Part shown: positions 51,101 to 64,000 of the stretch, piece by piece
Numbering within the stretch: the stretch's first letter is position 1
Layout: the number at the start of each line of letters is the position of its first letter
Origin: Lingula anatina
Lineage: Eukaryota; Animalia; Brachiopoda
Assembly (NCBI GenBank): GCA_051362555.1
Contig: CM120649.1
Coordinates: forward strand, 7,068,001-7,132,000
Length of the DNA: 64,000 bases
Direction: 5' to 3'
Notes under the pieces: generated by a model
The model's input: the letters and a program-made list of their open reading frames with translations, nothing else
What the model was told of the DNA's origin: nothing
Databases searched by the model: none
Translations under genes and position numbers: made by a program

Positions 51101-53711
51101 TCATAATTCACCACTTTTGAATGAAAATTACATGGGTGTTCAGAAAAGGCTCCCCTCTAATGTAAATACTAGAGCAGCAAAAATCGGATTCATTATCATT
51201 ATCAAATAAAATGTGATACAATCTTATCATTTTTAAAAATAAAACCACCAGTATATAAATTATGCTCACCTTCATTATGCTACAGAGTTCTGCCAAGGTC
51301 TCTAGATGATTCACATGTATGATGAGAGGTCGAAGAACATCGTAAAGCTGATTGCACAACCCAAGTAACATTGAGCTGAAAGTGAACAGGGAAGCACTTG
51401 CTGAAGTCATTCAATGCACCGCTTACATCAATGACAAAACAGTGATGAAAATAAAATAGACAGCATACCCAGGGGCAGATTTAGGCCGTCTTCTGGGTCT
51501 TCTGGAAGACTGTCAGATTTTCATGTTTACATTGACGGGTATCTAATTTTTTCAGTTGGAAGACGGTCAAAAATGGAGGATGGACCAATAAAGATAATTT
51601 GGAAGACTGTCAGAAAATATCTCTGGATCCGCCCCTGGCATACCTATCAAATGTTCAGACATATTTTCATGGCGGACATTTCCCATTTGGGAGCTATTTA
51701 TAACACTCACAAACTTTAGTTGAGCTACATATAAACATATAACCAACTGAAAAAAAATTATAGCCAGCTGCTACCATACCACTCAACTTTGTGCATATTA
51801 AACATTGAACTTAAATAAATTGGCACAGAGTGTAGAGATAAAAAAGTTACGTGACATCATATTTAATTGCATCATCAACATAAGTTTTTATGAAGAAACT
51901 GAATCATTGCAATACTGGTAAAAATTAAAGTGCAAATTGACACAAAATTAATCATCGTATAACATATATTTTTGCCATACATGACCAATCACTAGACCGG
52001 AAGATATGAGCTGGGCTTCAAGTATTACTCACTCTAATAATGTAGTATGATGTGTAAAGAACTGAGAAAACAGCTGATATTCATCTTCACAAACATGGAC
52101 CATGAAAGCACATCCACTGCGCATCTGAAAGAAAGAAAGATCAGAGTGAATGGCATCATCTCCAAATGAGGTTTCTTATTTAAGATTGAGGCCTCATTTT
52201 GATGTAAACTGATCTTTGAAAAAAAAATCACACACACACACAAACAATAATAAATTTTCATCCCTAAAAAAAATTTAATAAAAAAAAATTGGCGCTGTTT
52301 GGCAAAATGTTTGCTAGGAGCCTTGATAATGGTTTATACATACCAGGGCACAAGATTCTGTTAACACATACCAGGGCACAAGATACTGTTTACACATACC
52401 AGGGCACAAGATACTGTTTACACATACCAGGGCACAAGATTCTGTTAACACATACCAGGGCCCAAGCTATTGTTTATACATACCAGGGCACAAGATTCTG
52501 TTAACACATACCAGGGCACAAGATACTGTTTACACATACCAGGGCACAAGATTCTGTTAACACATACCAGGGCCCAAGCTATTGTTTATACATACCAGGG
52601 CACAAGATTCTGTTAACACATACCAGGGCCCAAGCTATTGTTTATACATACCAGGGCACAAGATTCTGTTAACACATACCAGGGCCCAAGCTATTGTTTA
52701 TACATACCAGGGCACAAGATTCTGTTAACACATACCAGGGCCCAAGCTATTGTTTATACATACCAGGGCACAAGATTCTGTTAACACATACCAGGGCCCA
52801 AGCTATTGTTTACACATACCAGGGCACAAGCTACTGTTTATACATACCAGGGCACAAGATACTGTTTACACATACCAGGGCACAAGATTCTGTTAACACA
52901 TACCAGGGCCCAAGCTATTGTTTATACATACCAGGGCACAAGATTCTGTTAACACATATCAGGGCCCAAGCTATTGTTTTACACATACCAGGGCACAAGC
53001 TATTGTTTATACATACCAGGGCACAAGATATTGTTTACACATACCAGGGCACAAGCTACTGTTTATACATACCAAGGCACAAGATATTGTTTATACATAC
53101 CAGGGCACAAGATATTGTTTATACATACCAGGGCACAGTGGTCTCTGACATGTTTAGTGGACAGGTCCGTGAGTGCAGAGCTGACACTAGGACCAAGAAG
53201 TGTCAGTCTTTGCTGGAAATAACACTGGTGGCAGTCTGTCAGCATCTGGGAATATCTGAGGGAATCAAAAGGTGTGTTAGGTTCAACACTGCCTTGAATC
53301 TGATGTCAGTCTAGGTGTGCCATGTGTCATGGTGTTAAGTGTGGCACATGTCAGTGCACTGGGTGTGACATGCCATTGTGACACTGAGACACTTTGTGAC
53401 ACATGACTGTGCCAGATGTGTCAAATTTGACTTTTTTCTTCGCATGCAATTGTTGGACCTTGTAAAAGGTAATACAATGTGACAGAAATGTCATGACATT
53501 TTGTAAAGCTTAAAAGTGCCAAAAAACCAGACCAAGTAGTGACATTTTGTTTTAAACATAATTAATTAAAAACTCCCTAAGCCACCTACTCTGGACTCTT
53601 GTCAATTCTTTGCTCAATCTGTTCCATCAGGGACTTCACTCTGGGAGCATTGGTGCGAAACTTGCCATAAAATAGAGTGAAAGCATTTTCACTCTGAGGA
53701 GGACCATCCTG

Positions 53712-53756
<45 letters not shown>

Positions 53757-55151
53757 TGTTCAATTTGCCAATTAAATATATATACAAGATACATCTAACT
53801 GGAAATCAGTCCATTGTTTCAAGAGTAGAATATAACATACAACACAATAGTATTATGAAAAAAATCTTTGAATGAATAAAGAGATGATTTAAGAAATATC
53901 TATTGATGGTAATAATGATGCTTGGCACTGGAAATTGGGGGGTGGGGGGGGGGGGGGGAATCAAACAACACTTTCTAACTATTCTGAGGAAATGCAATCT
54001 TGTTTACTCTGGAAAACTACAAAATAGTCCTGTATAAATCCATCTGTGAGAATACTGAGAATGAGTTTGATAAACTGAACTACATTTTTATCATTAAATC
54101 TTCAGAAACTTTAACAAGCATTCAGTTTTATACATAGTGTCAAAGGTTAAAATTATGAAACTTTTTCATTACACATTAATTCCGTTTTCTTTAACCAACC
54201 ATTAAAAACCTCCTTTTAATACATCTTACTTTAAACAGATACAAAATTCTAAATCTCCTTTTCTCATTTATTTCACTGAAAAACTTCAATAACCTTATGA
54301 CCAATTGAATTTAGGATGAAAATAGGCTGGTTCTGGAAACAAAAAGGGCAAACGACCCACCTTTTTGGGTAAAACATGTTGTGTAGCGCTCTGCAGTAGG
54401 TTGACTACGTGGGTCTTGATCAAAGTGAGAGCCCTGCACAGGCACTGCTTAAACCTGGCCAGGTACGTGTGGGTCTCCTTGTACTGGGGCTGAAATAATA
54501 AAATAATAATTAGAAAAGCACTCCGAGAGCGCAGACCCCCGCCAAGGCAGCAATTTTTGATCATTATTGATTATTGATTGATTATTGATCCGGATCACCA
54601 CCAAAAACTAATCATCTGTTCTTTGGTCCACTTCTTACGGTTCCTGAAAATTTCATCAAAATGGGTCCATAACTTTTTCAGTTATGTTGATGACAGACAG
54701 ACAGACAAACAAACAAACAAACAGGGGTGAAAACATTACCTCCTTAGCAGAAGTAATAATTAAGACATTGATTTAGAGTTATGTAAATGTGAGCGCTTAC
54801 AATAAATCCAATAAAACAAATTCATCTCTCCTGAAAAACAAATCACTTGGGATAGGCTGTTGGGGGGGGGGGGGGGGGGGTTGTAGGGAGGTTAATTTGA
54901 ACACTGTTATTTCTATAATAATTACTGACATTTACCTGTATTTCAGCAATGCATTAATCTCTCCTGGAAAATGAATTGCTTTGGACAGGCTAGGTAGTTG
55001 TTGTTGGGAGGTTAATTTGAACACTGTTATATCTATACCAAATTACTTACATTTCCCTGTATGTAGGCAATGCACTCATCTAGCCTGCTAAGCATGGGCA
55101 CAAAAGATTCACTGGTCACTGCCAGGGTGGGAGACCCGAGTTTCTGAAAAG

Positions 55152-55224
<73 letters not shown>

Positions 55225-56746
55225 ATTTACAGCCTAGAAACCAAATATGTTCAATAGACTAAATTGTAAAATACAAGTCAAAGAACTGAACTGCCTTTGT
55301 AAAGGTCTGCCCTCTTCAAATGCTTGACTTTTTTTCATCAAACTGGACACTTACACTAGATATTCTCTCTAGCTCATTGAAATAGGACAGCCTGTTGTTA
55401 ATGCTCTCCGCAGTATTCACCAGCTTTGTCTGCTCGGCTAGAAGATGCTCACATGCTTCATGCAGGGCGTTGGTCTTCGTTGACACCAGCACGTACTGAG
55501 ACTGCAGAGCTTTAAGATGGTCCAGAGAGTGGGACACTTCAGACAACACTTGTGTGCATTGGTCTCTGTACTCTTGAAGCTGCTCTATGAATGCTCTGTA
55601 AATAGGTCACTGGAGTTAGTGTCTAGTTGGGATTTTCAAAAATAGTTCAGGGTATCAAAAACTTGAATAATGGATTTTTTTTTTTTTTGGGGGGGGGGGG
55701 GGGGAGAGAGAGGACTTTGCAGTGAAGTTAATTGCCTCTGAAAAATGGCACATCTAGTTGCTGATTGCCAGAATTATTTCCCCAAAGACTGCATATTTAA
55801 ACCAAATGCAAAATTGAAAATTAAAAAAAAAAAAAATAATAATAATAGTACTAAAAATGATGTACTTAACACTGATTAGAACAGGACCTCGAGAGTATCA
55901 ATACAGTAACTTTTGCCTTCTTACCTCTGGCCTTCCTCTTCTTCAGCCTCCATTTTCTCCTCCACTTCGGCAAACCAGGAGAAAAACTTGAAAAAATGAA
56001 GCAATTATCAATGATCAATATATGCAGCTACATTTTGTTATCTGTCATATAAATACATCAAATGTATGAGATATGGACTGTTTTGACAGTTTAGCAAGTT
56101 CAATATTTGACTGATTTTGTCATGTTTGTTATTATTTACCAAAGTCTTTCATATAGCTTTATTATCATATTTGTCATGACATGGTTTATAAGTAATGTAA
56201 GTATTTTGAAAGGCTACACACAATTTCCATATTGAACACAAATTATTAAGTTTACCTGCTGAGCATTCTCCACTTTTTGTCCCCCTAAGTCAAACTCTGC
56301 CAGGCACTTTCCAACACTGTCCACATCAACAGAGCTGCCATCATTCATATGAGTAGTTATGGTTGGGAAGTCTTCCAGTGGAAGCTGGGAAACAAATATA
56401 AAAATTGTGACTGTCACTTTAAAGACTATACCTACCTGTCAGTACCACTGGGGACTGTTATTAAGAACAAAAAATAACATTTAAAAACATAAAATAAATT
56501 AAATTAAATATACAAGAAAAACAATTTATGTAAAATTGAAAAAAAGAACTAAAGTAAGTATATTTACTTCACCCCCATCCCTCCCCAATCTTGTATTAAG
56601 TTCTCATCTTTGTGTCATAATGTTAAACTTTATGTTTAAGTATGCATCTAGTTAACTATGTGCAAGATGGAAGTGTATGTAAACTGGTCAAGAACAATCA
56701 CCCAGAGTAATTACATTTCAAGAAGTTTGTACATGGACTTAAACTG

Positions 56747-56808
<62 letters not shown>

Positions 56809-57184
56809 AGAAAGGGGAGGGGGGGGGGGTTCACCAACTTGTCAGCAGATCAGTCCAGACCCTACTGACAAGCATTTAATCAGGGATCCACTTGTATAAC
56901 ACTGAAACACTGGCATTACAAAATCAGCTAGTCCACATAAAATGTTAAACTAGTGGAATATTTTAAGCTCAGGAAGAGATGGGTTTCTCCCGGGAGCGGC
57001 TCCTATCACCTCCCCTCCCCCTCCCCTTTGAATTTTTTAAACCAACCTCTATCGGAAGCGGGCGCACAGCAGACTGAGTGGTTAGCTCCATGATGCTGTC
57101 CCTCTGCTTTTCTGTTAAAGGAGCCACGGTATCGGTCTTGGCCTCCCATGCCGCTAATCGCTCCCGTAAAACCATTTGGTTCAT
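44111..57184 (-). CDS. COG3: Conserved oligomeric Golgi complex subunit 3 (Sec34), 844 aa
   Basis: 21 exons: 57184-57047, 56384-56256, 55986-55925, 55595-55355, 55143-55051, 54489-54361, 53708-53590, 53255-53129, 52124-52033, 51375-51270, 50860-50827, 50556-50396, 50082-49860, 48017-47905, 47397-47308, 46950-46827, 46511-46429, 45736-45602, 45123-44917, 44609-44511, 44140-44111 (2535 nt). Motifs: [74 protein letters not shown]. Confidence 0.96.
45778..45923. mobile_element. PIF/Harbinger-like MITE
   Basis: ~30-bp imperfect TIRs GGCGGCATTCAGAACACTGGTCTAACTAGT / ACTAGTTAGGCCACTGTTCTGGATGTGGCC with 3-bp AAA flanks. Confidence 0.7.
51470..51637. mobile_element. MITE, TIR CAGGGGC(A/G)GAT, 7-bp TSD
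   Basis: CAGGGGCAGAT ... ATCCGCCCCTG flanked by GCATACC. An inverted relative lies at about 45167-45312. Confidence 0.75.
52331..53137 (-). repeat. 28-bp minisatellite made of the COG3 exon 8 end plus its 5' splice site, ~29 copies
   Basis: Unit TGTGCCCTG|GTATGT-RTAAACARTATCT. The first 9 nt of the first unit are coding (C-A-L). Confidence 0.93.
54508..54757 (-). mobile_element. Short non-autonomous Helentron-like (HINE) element C
   Basis: AATTAGAAAAGCACTCCGAGAGCGCAGACCCCCGCCAAGG end, (GACA)n/(AACA)n microsatellite, terminal palindrome TTACCTCCTTAGCAGAAGTAA matching the subTIR. Confidence 0.8.
56752..56805. repeat. (GA)n microsatellite
   Basis: Perfect dinucleotide run; similar runs near 20161, 48085 and 60953. 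Confidence 0.95.
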
Positions 57185-57833
57185 TCTGTATTTGACTTCT
57201 CTCTCACTTCTGCAACGTGTCGGCCATAGCTGACAACACAAGATGAGCGCATGCGCATGAGTTTACTTCTCATGAACAAGAGCAAAGTTGAGGGAGACTT
57301 AATACAATTATCTTTTTTTAACTGTAACTGCAACAAAATTTTATCATAGATAACAACTTTTAACAATTATTCAGTATCTTTATATTGCTTAATAGTTTTT
57401 GTATTTTTTTTTTATGAGACCTTTTCAAAAACAATAATGTCCAACTTTAGCACTTGTGTAAAGCAGTATTCAAAATGTCGCTTAGTAGGCTGCTGTCGGC
57501 GACGTCCCAAAATTTTAGAAATACCACACGATTGTTTACGGACAGGTATATATCGCAAGTACCCTTTGAAACCCAAACGACTCTTTATCACTCAGCTGCC
57601 ATAAATTTCAAAACATAAAGCGTGGATTTTTAGATAAAGTTTCATTTGTTGATAGAAAAATTAACTGAGATTTACCAGCCGCGGCAATATTTCGTCTGCT
57701 GACAGGCAAATTTCATCAGATGGTTGCTGAATCATTTTGTGGCAGTGTAGTACGAGACTTCTGTATTAGAACTCCTATTGATGATTTCTGATGTATACGC
57801 TGTGCTTACGCATGGAATCATTTAGCCCTTAAA
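57185..57833. promoter_or_regulatory. Probable bidirectional promoter, COG3 (-) / PARL (+), with NRF-1-type site
   Basis: Head-to-head genes, CpG-enriched spacer, GCGCATGCGCA at 57247-57257. Confidence 0.55.
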
Positions 57834-58132
57834 ATGTGTAAAATGACCGCAGCCACCCCCACCCCGGGCCGGCGGGAGCGTTTGCGTGATTTTACAGCAA
57901 TCTGTCTGGTAAGGCAAGCAGATGAATTTTACCTCCCTCATGATTCTGTCAACAGGAAAACTGGCCCGTTTTATATGATCAACTGTAGGCAGGTGCTGTT
58001 TCAGTGTCATGCAGGGAACAATGATATGATATTTTTTTGTTTATGAATTCCATGTCATTTAGTTGTTAAATAAGCTACCATATTTATTTTATTTTCAGAA
58101 CCACAATCTCAATACTAAAGACTGAAGGACTT

Positions 58133-60952
58133 ATGTACAGCACACTAGGAGGCAGCACATGTCACAGACTTGGCTCTCAATTTGTTTCGAGGAGTAGCAA
58201 TATTAAATATGTCATTTGTAAAAACAACATATTTAATGGACTACGACATACACAGCGTAGAATGTTTGGGAAAACTAGAAAAAGGCGTACTGACTTGGAA
58301 TTCACAAATGGCAAAAGGCATATCCGGCTATTAGGGAAACCTATTTTGTTTACCATTGTGGTGAGATTGTGTATTTTTGTATCATTGACTTCTCACACCC
58401 TACGGTTAACGGATTTAATTTGAAGACAATGCACTGCTAACACGTTAAGTGATCAGAAAACACATCTAATACCTAACTACGCCCCTTTTTATGAATGGGC
58501 GCCGTGGGAAGAAGACGATGTGACCATAAGTAATTAACGCATCGGCATCAAGGTGAAACAATGATGTTTTTCTCATGCCAGCAAGTAGCACTAGCCTTGT
58601 CAAAATAAGCTGTTAAAGCGGCAGCGGGATGCCAACACCACTTTATCTTTGGCTGTTATGTAATCCGGTAGAGGACGCGAGTTGAGTCAGCTAATAAGAT
58701 CACTTCAGTTAATTATAACCTTGAGGATCATGCTTGCATTATTTATTTCACTAGACAACTTGATTGACTTATTTCATAATGGATTACTAAAAATTTACCT
58801 GAACAGTTTACCGGGCGATCTCGACAGTGTGACCCTCACATTGCAGGGCATGACTCGCGTATATGCACGGAGAGTCTGCCTGTTATGAATATATTAATGC
58901 TGCCGTGGTTTAATATGTTCCTTAAAATTTCATGTTACACTGTTAACATCTTTTCAGGCGACCATTCACAGAAAATTTATTTCCGAAATATTAACTACAT
59001 TCCGTGTCGAGTCGACTTTGAGCACAAGGCTGACATTTGATTGGTGCCATTTTATTCATGTGCAAGCAACAATATATCGAACGTGCTAAGTACATCGCAA
59101 CAAAAACGTCTTTATGGCTTTAAGATAGAACTGTTAAGTGCTTATGCACCTGAGTGCCCTTTTTATATGCTTTACTCTATTATATCCAGTTGAATTTCAA
59201 GTTACAAGTACAGTTACAAATAGGCACGTGTACATGCCTTATCCGACGACAGTGTTCATTTATTAATCATTTTTATGTTGCCATGTTGCTCACTTTTGTT
59301 GTTAAAATGTTTAATCTAATAGCCAACTTAAATTTTATAATCATTAATTGCATGGAATTAACATTTGTTCAGTTTAAATTAGACTTTTAAGTTTAAACTT
59401 TAAAAAAGTTAAAACTTTTAAATTGTGTAGAAAAGATCAAACTAACATCGGAACTAACATATTCACTGCATTTAACGTTCAGTGTTATTTTGTTATCAAC
59501 ATGTGATTGCTGGTAAACGTTATGTTGTTTTAAATAGGTCTTTTTTTTTATAATTAAAGGGCCCTGAAATAGCCTAATTTTCATAAGAATTTTTTATAGT
59601 TCACTGCCTCCACCTTTGCTGGCTGTTTGATTTGGAAATTTGAAGTTCTGCAAGAGGTAGTACAGAGGCTCATGAAGGGAGAAAAAGTAAGTTTTCTTTT
59701 TTTAAATTTTTGTTTTACACACTGTGTCCTTAGCTGTAAAGAATTGCCTTGTAGTTGAGCCAACCTCTACAGAGAAAAATTCAGGCATAGTTTTATACAT
59801 ACACAGTTTATTTTCATTTTAAATAGTTTCAGTGCAAATTGTTTATAATATTTGATAACTTACATATTATGTATGCTTTGATTTTGAATTTTAAAATGAT
59901 GTGTTTAGGTCAACTAATTTTCCAGTGATACAACAAACGTATCAGAGCCTCGTTTGCAATTCATTTATATTTTTTCCTGTTTTTTTAGCCTCAAAACATT
60001 GCAGAACAAACTTCTCATCAAGCAATATTAGCTGGAATTATAGGCATAAATTTTGCAGTGTTTCTCTGGTGGAGAATGGCTAAATCTCCCAAAGATATAA
60101 CCATAATGACAAAACTTTTCACAGGCACTCTCTTTAGCAGTAAGTATGAGATGTTTTTGAATTAAGATTGTAAAATACTTAATAAAGATTTGAAAAATTT
60201 GGTGGCGTGGGAAGTTCCAGCATTTATTTTTCCTTTTGAAGATTTCACACAAAGACTGTTGCCATCCAATGCAGTTGACTTCAAACTATTCTCCATCTTG
60301 ATTATGATATTTACATGAAATCATAACTGCTCTTTTAAGTCCAAATTTGCCATTTGAAGAAGTTGAAACTGTGCCCCAATAATTTGCATAATGCTATCAT
60401 TGTGGCACAGTTTTAAATGTTTTTCTTTCTTTAATTTAACGTTGTAATCTGTCTTCTCTGCCAGATTTTAGTCTACATTATTTTACTTTCAGAAAACAGG
60501 TGCTCTTCTATGTTTTTAAGTACATTTAGTCATCAGGAATTCTGGCACATTTTTCTCAATATGTATGTATTGTGGTCCTTTAGGCGACACATAACATTTA
60601 TGGAGAAGGAGGAATTTGTAGCTTTCTACCTAACAGCAGGTATGTATGTTTGGCCCTTATTTCATTCATTCTTTCCTTCTTTCTTCAGTCCATTACCTTT
60701 TAGTCGAATAATCTAAAGATGCCTTTGTTATTTGATTTCTAACAACTTTATCATTCAAAAACATTCATATTGTGTACATGCAAGATGAATAAATATATAG
60801 ATAACAAGTGCTCCTCTATGTTAATAAGGGAATTTTAGCACATTGAATAAACATTTTATGAATAAACACCTGACGATTGGACATACCCTATGTGTATGTC
60901 TGTGAAAGTGAGGCGAGTTGAGGTTTATATATATATATATATATATATAAAT

Positions 60953-60989
<37 letters not shown>

Positions 60990-63071
60990 GATTATTGTGT
61001 TTTTTTTTTTTAGGTGTAGTGGCTTCACTGGCAAGTTATGTGCGCTTGGCTCTGAGCCCCTTCACAGCAGCTTTAGGTGCCTCGAGATCACTGGGTGCAG
61101 TAAGTATATAAATTACTCAAGCCAATTTCTTATACAACTCCATCATCAGACAACAGGGGGCAGCACTTGGCGTCATTATGAATTTTTTGGCATGAACAGC
61201 AGGTTTTTAAAGTTTCTGGTTCAAGATTTTCTGAAGAAGAACTCATACTTAATTTATTTTTCTGTATTTTTTCCTACTAAGCAATATTTGATACCCTTTT
61301 TATTCATCATTACTCTGAAACAATTTGTGAAAATTAGAAAGTCCTAAGTTCATGCTTTGAGCTTATGTGTAGGTTTTTTTTCAAATCTTGCCACGACTTC
61401 CTTCATTTTACTGACTTTCTGGTTGTGCACAATTCAAAAACATGTCGAGAATTATTCAATGACATTCATTTGTTAAAAGATTATCAAACAGTATTATTTG
61501 TCTTAGAGGTGTTCTATTCAGCAAGAAGAGCTTTATGTGGTTCTAATGCTTGCTCTTGTGTTAGATGAGACAAAAGACACAATCCTGCTGTGTCAGGTGA
61601 GACATAAGAAGCAATCCTGCTGTGTTAGGTGAGACATAAGACGCAATCCTGCTGTGTTAGATGAAACACAAGACACAATCATGCTGTGTTAGGTGAGACA
61701 TAAGACACAATCCATGTTCTGTTCCAGTCAGGAGCTATTCTTGCAGTTGTGGCAGCAGTGATATCTCAGAACCCAGACACAAGGATGCAGATAGCATTCA
61801 TCGGGGATATTATCCCACATTCTTTTGAAGGAAGACATGTAAGTAGCCTGGGACAATCACGCCTTGGGATGTTCAGTTTTGTTAGTGTCCTACATGCCAT
61901 TAAGATTGTTCTACTAATGGAGATTATACCAGTAAAACCAAATTTATGAACTAAGAATCCATTCCCATACCTAGATCGATCTAGCAGGAACAATCCATCT
62001 CCGAGGGGTTTCTTGCTAAATTATGGTCAGCTTAAGCGACTCTGATATCTGGCACGCCTACTTTTTTTTTTTTTTTTTTTTTTTGTGAAACTTGGGCTGG
62101 GTCTAATGAAATTCTTGGGTTGTAAATACATTTTTCTTGTAGAAATGGACTCTTGGGGGGTGCAGCATATGTATAGCTTTATGCCAAAAAAAAAAAAACT
62201 ATTTTGCTGTGCTCCTTTTAAATATTCAACAAAGCACTCTTTTCTAGTAACAGGTATTTCTCCTTGTTTCAGGCTCTCCTCTTCCTCATTGCACTGGACA
62301 CTATAGGGATTCTACGAGGTTGGAAACTTTTTGACCATGCTTGTCACCTAGGTGGTGTTTTATTTGGACTGTAAGTATTTATGGACTTGACAACTCATAA
62401 AATAAAGAAGTTAAAGCCTTATCTTTTACTGCATTGTATTATTTTGTAATTTTATATATTGTGCTTTGTTTTGCGGTTGTTGTTTTCTGTAGTAAGTGAT
62501 TGTATGTTGTGAAATTCTAAGTTTTCAGATTTTTTTTAACTTTGTGACTGTTGTTTTCTGTTGCCTGTATGTTATTTGCTTTTCTGTCAAAAAAAAAAAT
62601 GCTCCTTCAAATGATATTCTCCATGTACTGTTTATTAGACAATACTATTAATTGAAACTATTAATTAAGTTCCTTTTTTTACAGTTATGATAAAGTCTTT
62701 TAGTCAGTTAAAGTCTTTTTATTTTGTCATGGAATTTGCATTTCGATTACCATAAATTCAAGAACTGTAGATCACTTTAACCTGACTTTTGAAGAAGTAG
62801 CAAACTAATTTTTTTCACCAAAAATTAAGAAAAATGTGCATGGAATTTAAATTTTAGAATTTTAAAAGAAACGAGGCATCTGCATATAAAGAAAAGTAAG
62901 GGTGGCAGTCACTGCATACATTGTTGTTATTATTATTACTATTATAATTGTTATTATTATCTTTTCAGCTGGTATGCCAATTATGGACGCAAATATTTAT
63001 GGAAAGACCCAGAAGCTACTGTGATGAAATTTTGGCATAAAATCAGACATGGAAGCAGAAAAGAAAAATAG
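58133..63071 (+). CDS. PARL: Mitochondrial rhomboid protease PARL, ~336 aa
   Basis: Exons 58133-58360, 59600-59686, 59989-60139, 60493-60639, 61014-61099, 61728-61838, 62273-62370, 62969-63071 (1011 nt). Arg-rich presequence, KPILFT, STFSH..HIFLNMYVLWSF, catalytic SLGASGA and DHACHLGG. Confidence 0.93.
61555..61727 (+). repeat. 32-bp minisatellite ending at a PARL 3' splice site, ~5 copies
   Basis: Unit GTGAGACATAAGACGCAATCCTGCTGTGTTAG. The last, diverged unit ends in the real acceptor TTCCAG. Confidence 0.85.
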
Positions 63072-64000
63072 AACTGTGCAAATATTGAGACTGATAGGCA
63101 AATTATTTCATGATTTTTTTTTATTTTGCAAAAATATCACAGATAAAGTATTATAGTACTTTTGACAGCAGTTTTTATACATTAATGATAATGTGATATT
63201 GGACACATTTATTATCTATTAATTATAGTAAAGCAGTATGTTACAGTATGTTAAAAAAAATAAAACATACATAAAATAAACATACATAAAATAAACATAA
63301 ACTGTATTCTGTACAGTTGCTCTTATGTAACAGTATATGTTGCTGTTATAAATTTCACCAGTTGTCTAATTTTTTTCAAAACTGAAAAATTTCCAAAGGA
63401 ATAGTTTAAGTGATTTGAATGTCAGGTTAACTGTAAAATTATATCTACTCTTACATTTTTTTTTTACAAATTTAGCAAATCCTTTTATTAAGATGCCCAT
63501 TTGTATGTTTTACTGTTTCTACAGATAAAGGCAAATTTCCCTACTATACTGACTCAGTAGTGATTTTTCTTTTCTGCTTAAATAGATTTATTACATATGA
63601 TGTAAAGAAAAAATATATTTCGTACAAGTTGTTGATTCTTGTACACTCAACCAAAAATAATTTTAAAAAACTATATAATGTAGCGGGAAAATATTCCGTG
63701 TATATAAAAAAGCAATGAATGTTACCATGGTGCATTATCCATCAAAACTTGGTTAAAAATTTAACTTTATGATTATTTAAAGTTTATTAGAATAACAGTG
63801 TTTCCGAACTTTTTTGTCCATTGTAGGATGAGGTATTTTTCACATGTGAAAATTAACATCACAGGCATCTATCACAGGGATCTATCAGTTTTGAGATTGC
63901 ATGAATTTTTAATTTGAATTTATATTGTAATTTGAAAATAACCTGCCCACCAAGGAAATGGTAAAATAAAAAGGAGGGTAGGTGGCCTGTACAAATTATC

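Noticed and set aside
52694-53314. 206-aa plus-strand ORF and CRISPR-like regular repeats
   Set aside because: It is the translation of the 28-bp intronic array. There are no unique spacers or cas genes and the context is eukaryotic.

Overview
AT-rich, intron-rich animal genomic DNA, probably from a mollusc or other lophotrochozoan (inferred from repeat style, not proven). I built seven spliced gene models by hand from GT-AG sites and frame continuity. In order: two tandem FkbM/Methyltransf_21 (Star-like) membrane-anchored methyltransferases (-, one with a 1-nt frameshift), eIF4A (-), RNF13/RNF167-like PA-TM-RING ligase (-), Na,K-ATPase beta (+), COG3 (-) and PARL (+). The eIF4A gene hosts a clear SNORA21/snR10-type H/ACA snoRNA and a possible SNORD1/snR38-like C/D RNA. 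It also carries a candidate His-rich cassette exon, a candidate stop-containing exon in its last intron, and a three-layer nest of non-autonomous Helentron-like elements with 146-bp DR1-containing arrays. The most striking unexplained pattern is that tandem repeats and duplications repeatedly sit on splice junctions (at least 7 cases in 4 genes), creating arrays of up to about 29 decoy 5' splice sites. All coordinates were counted by eye and no database searches were run.
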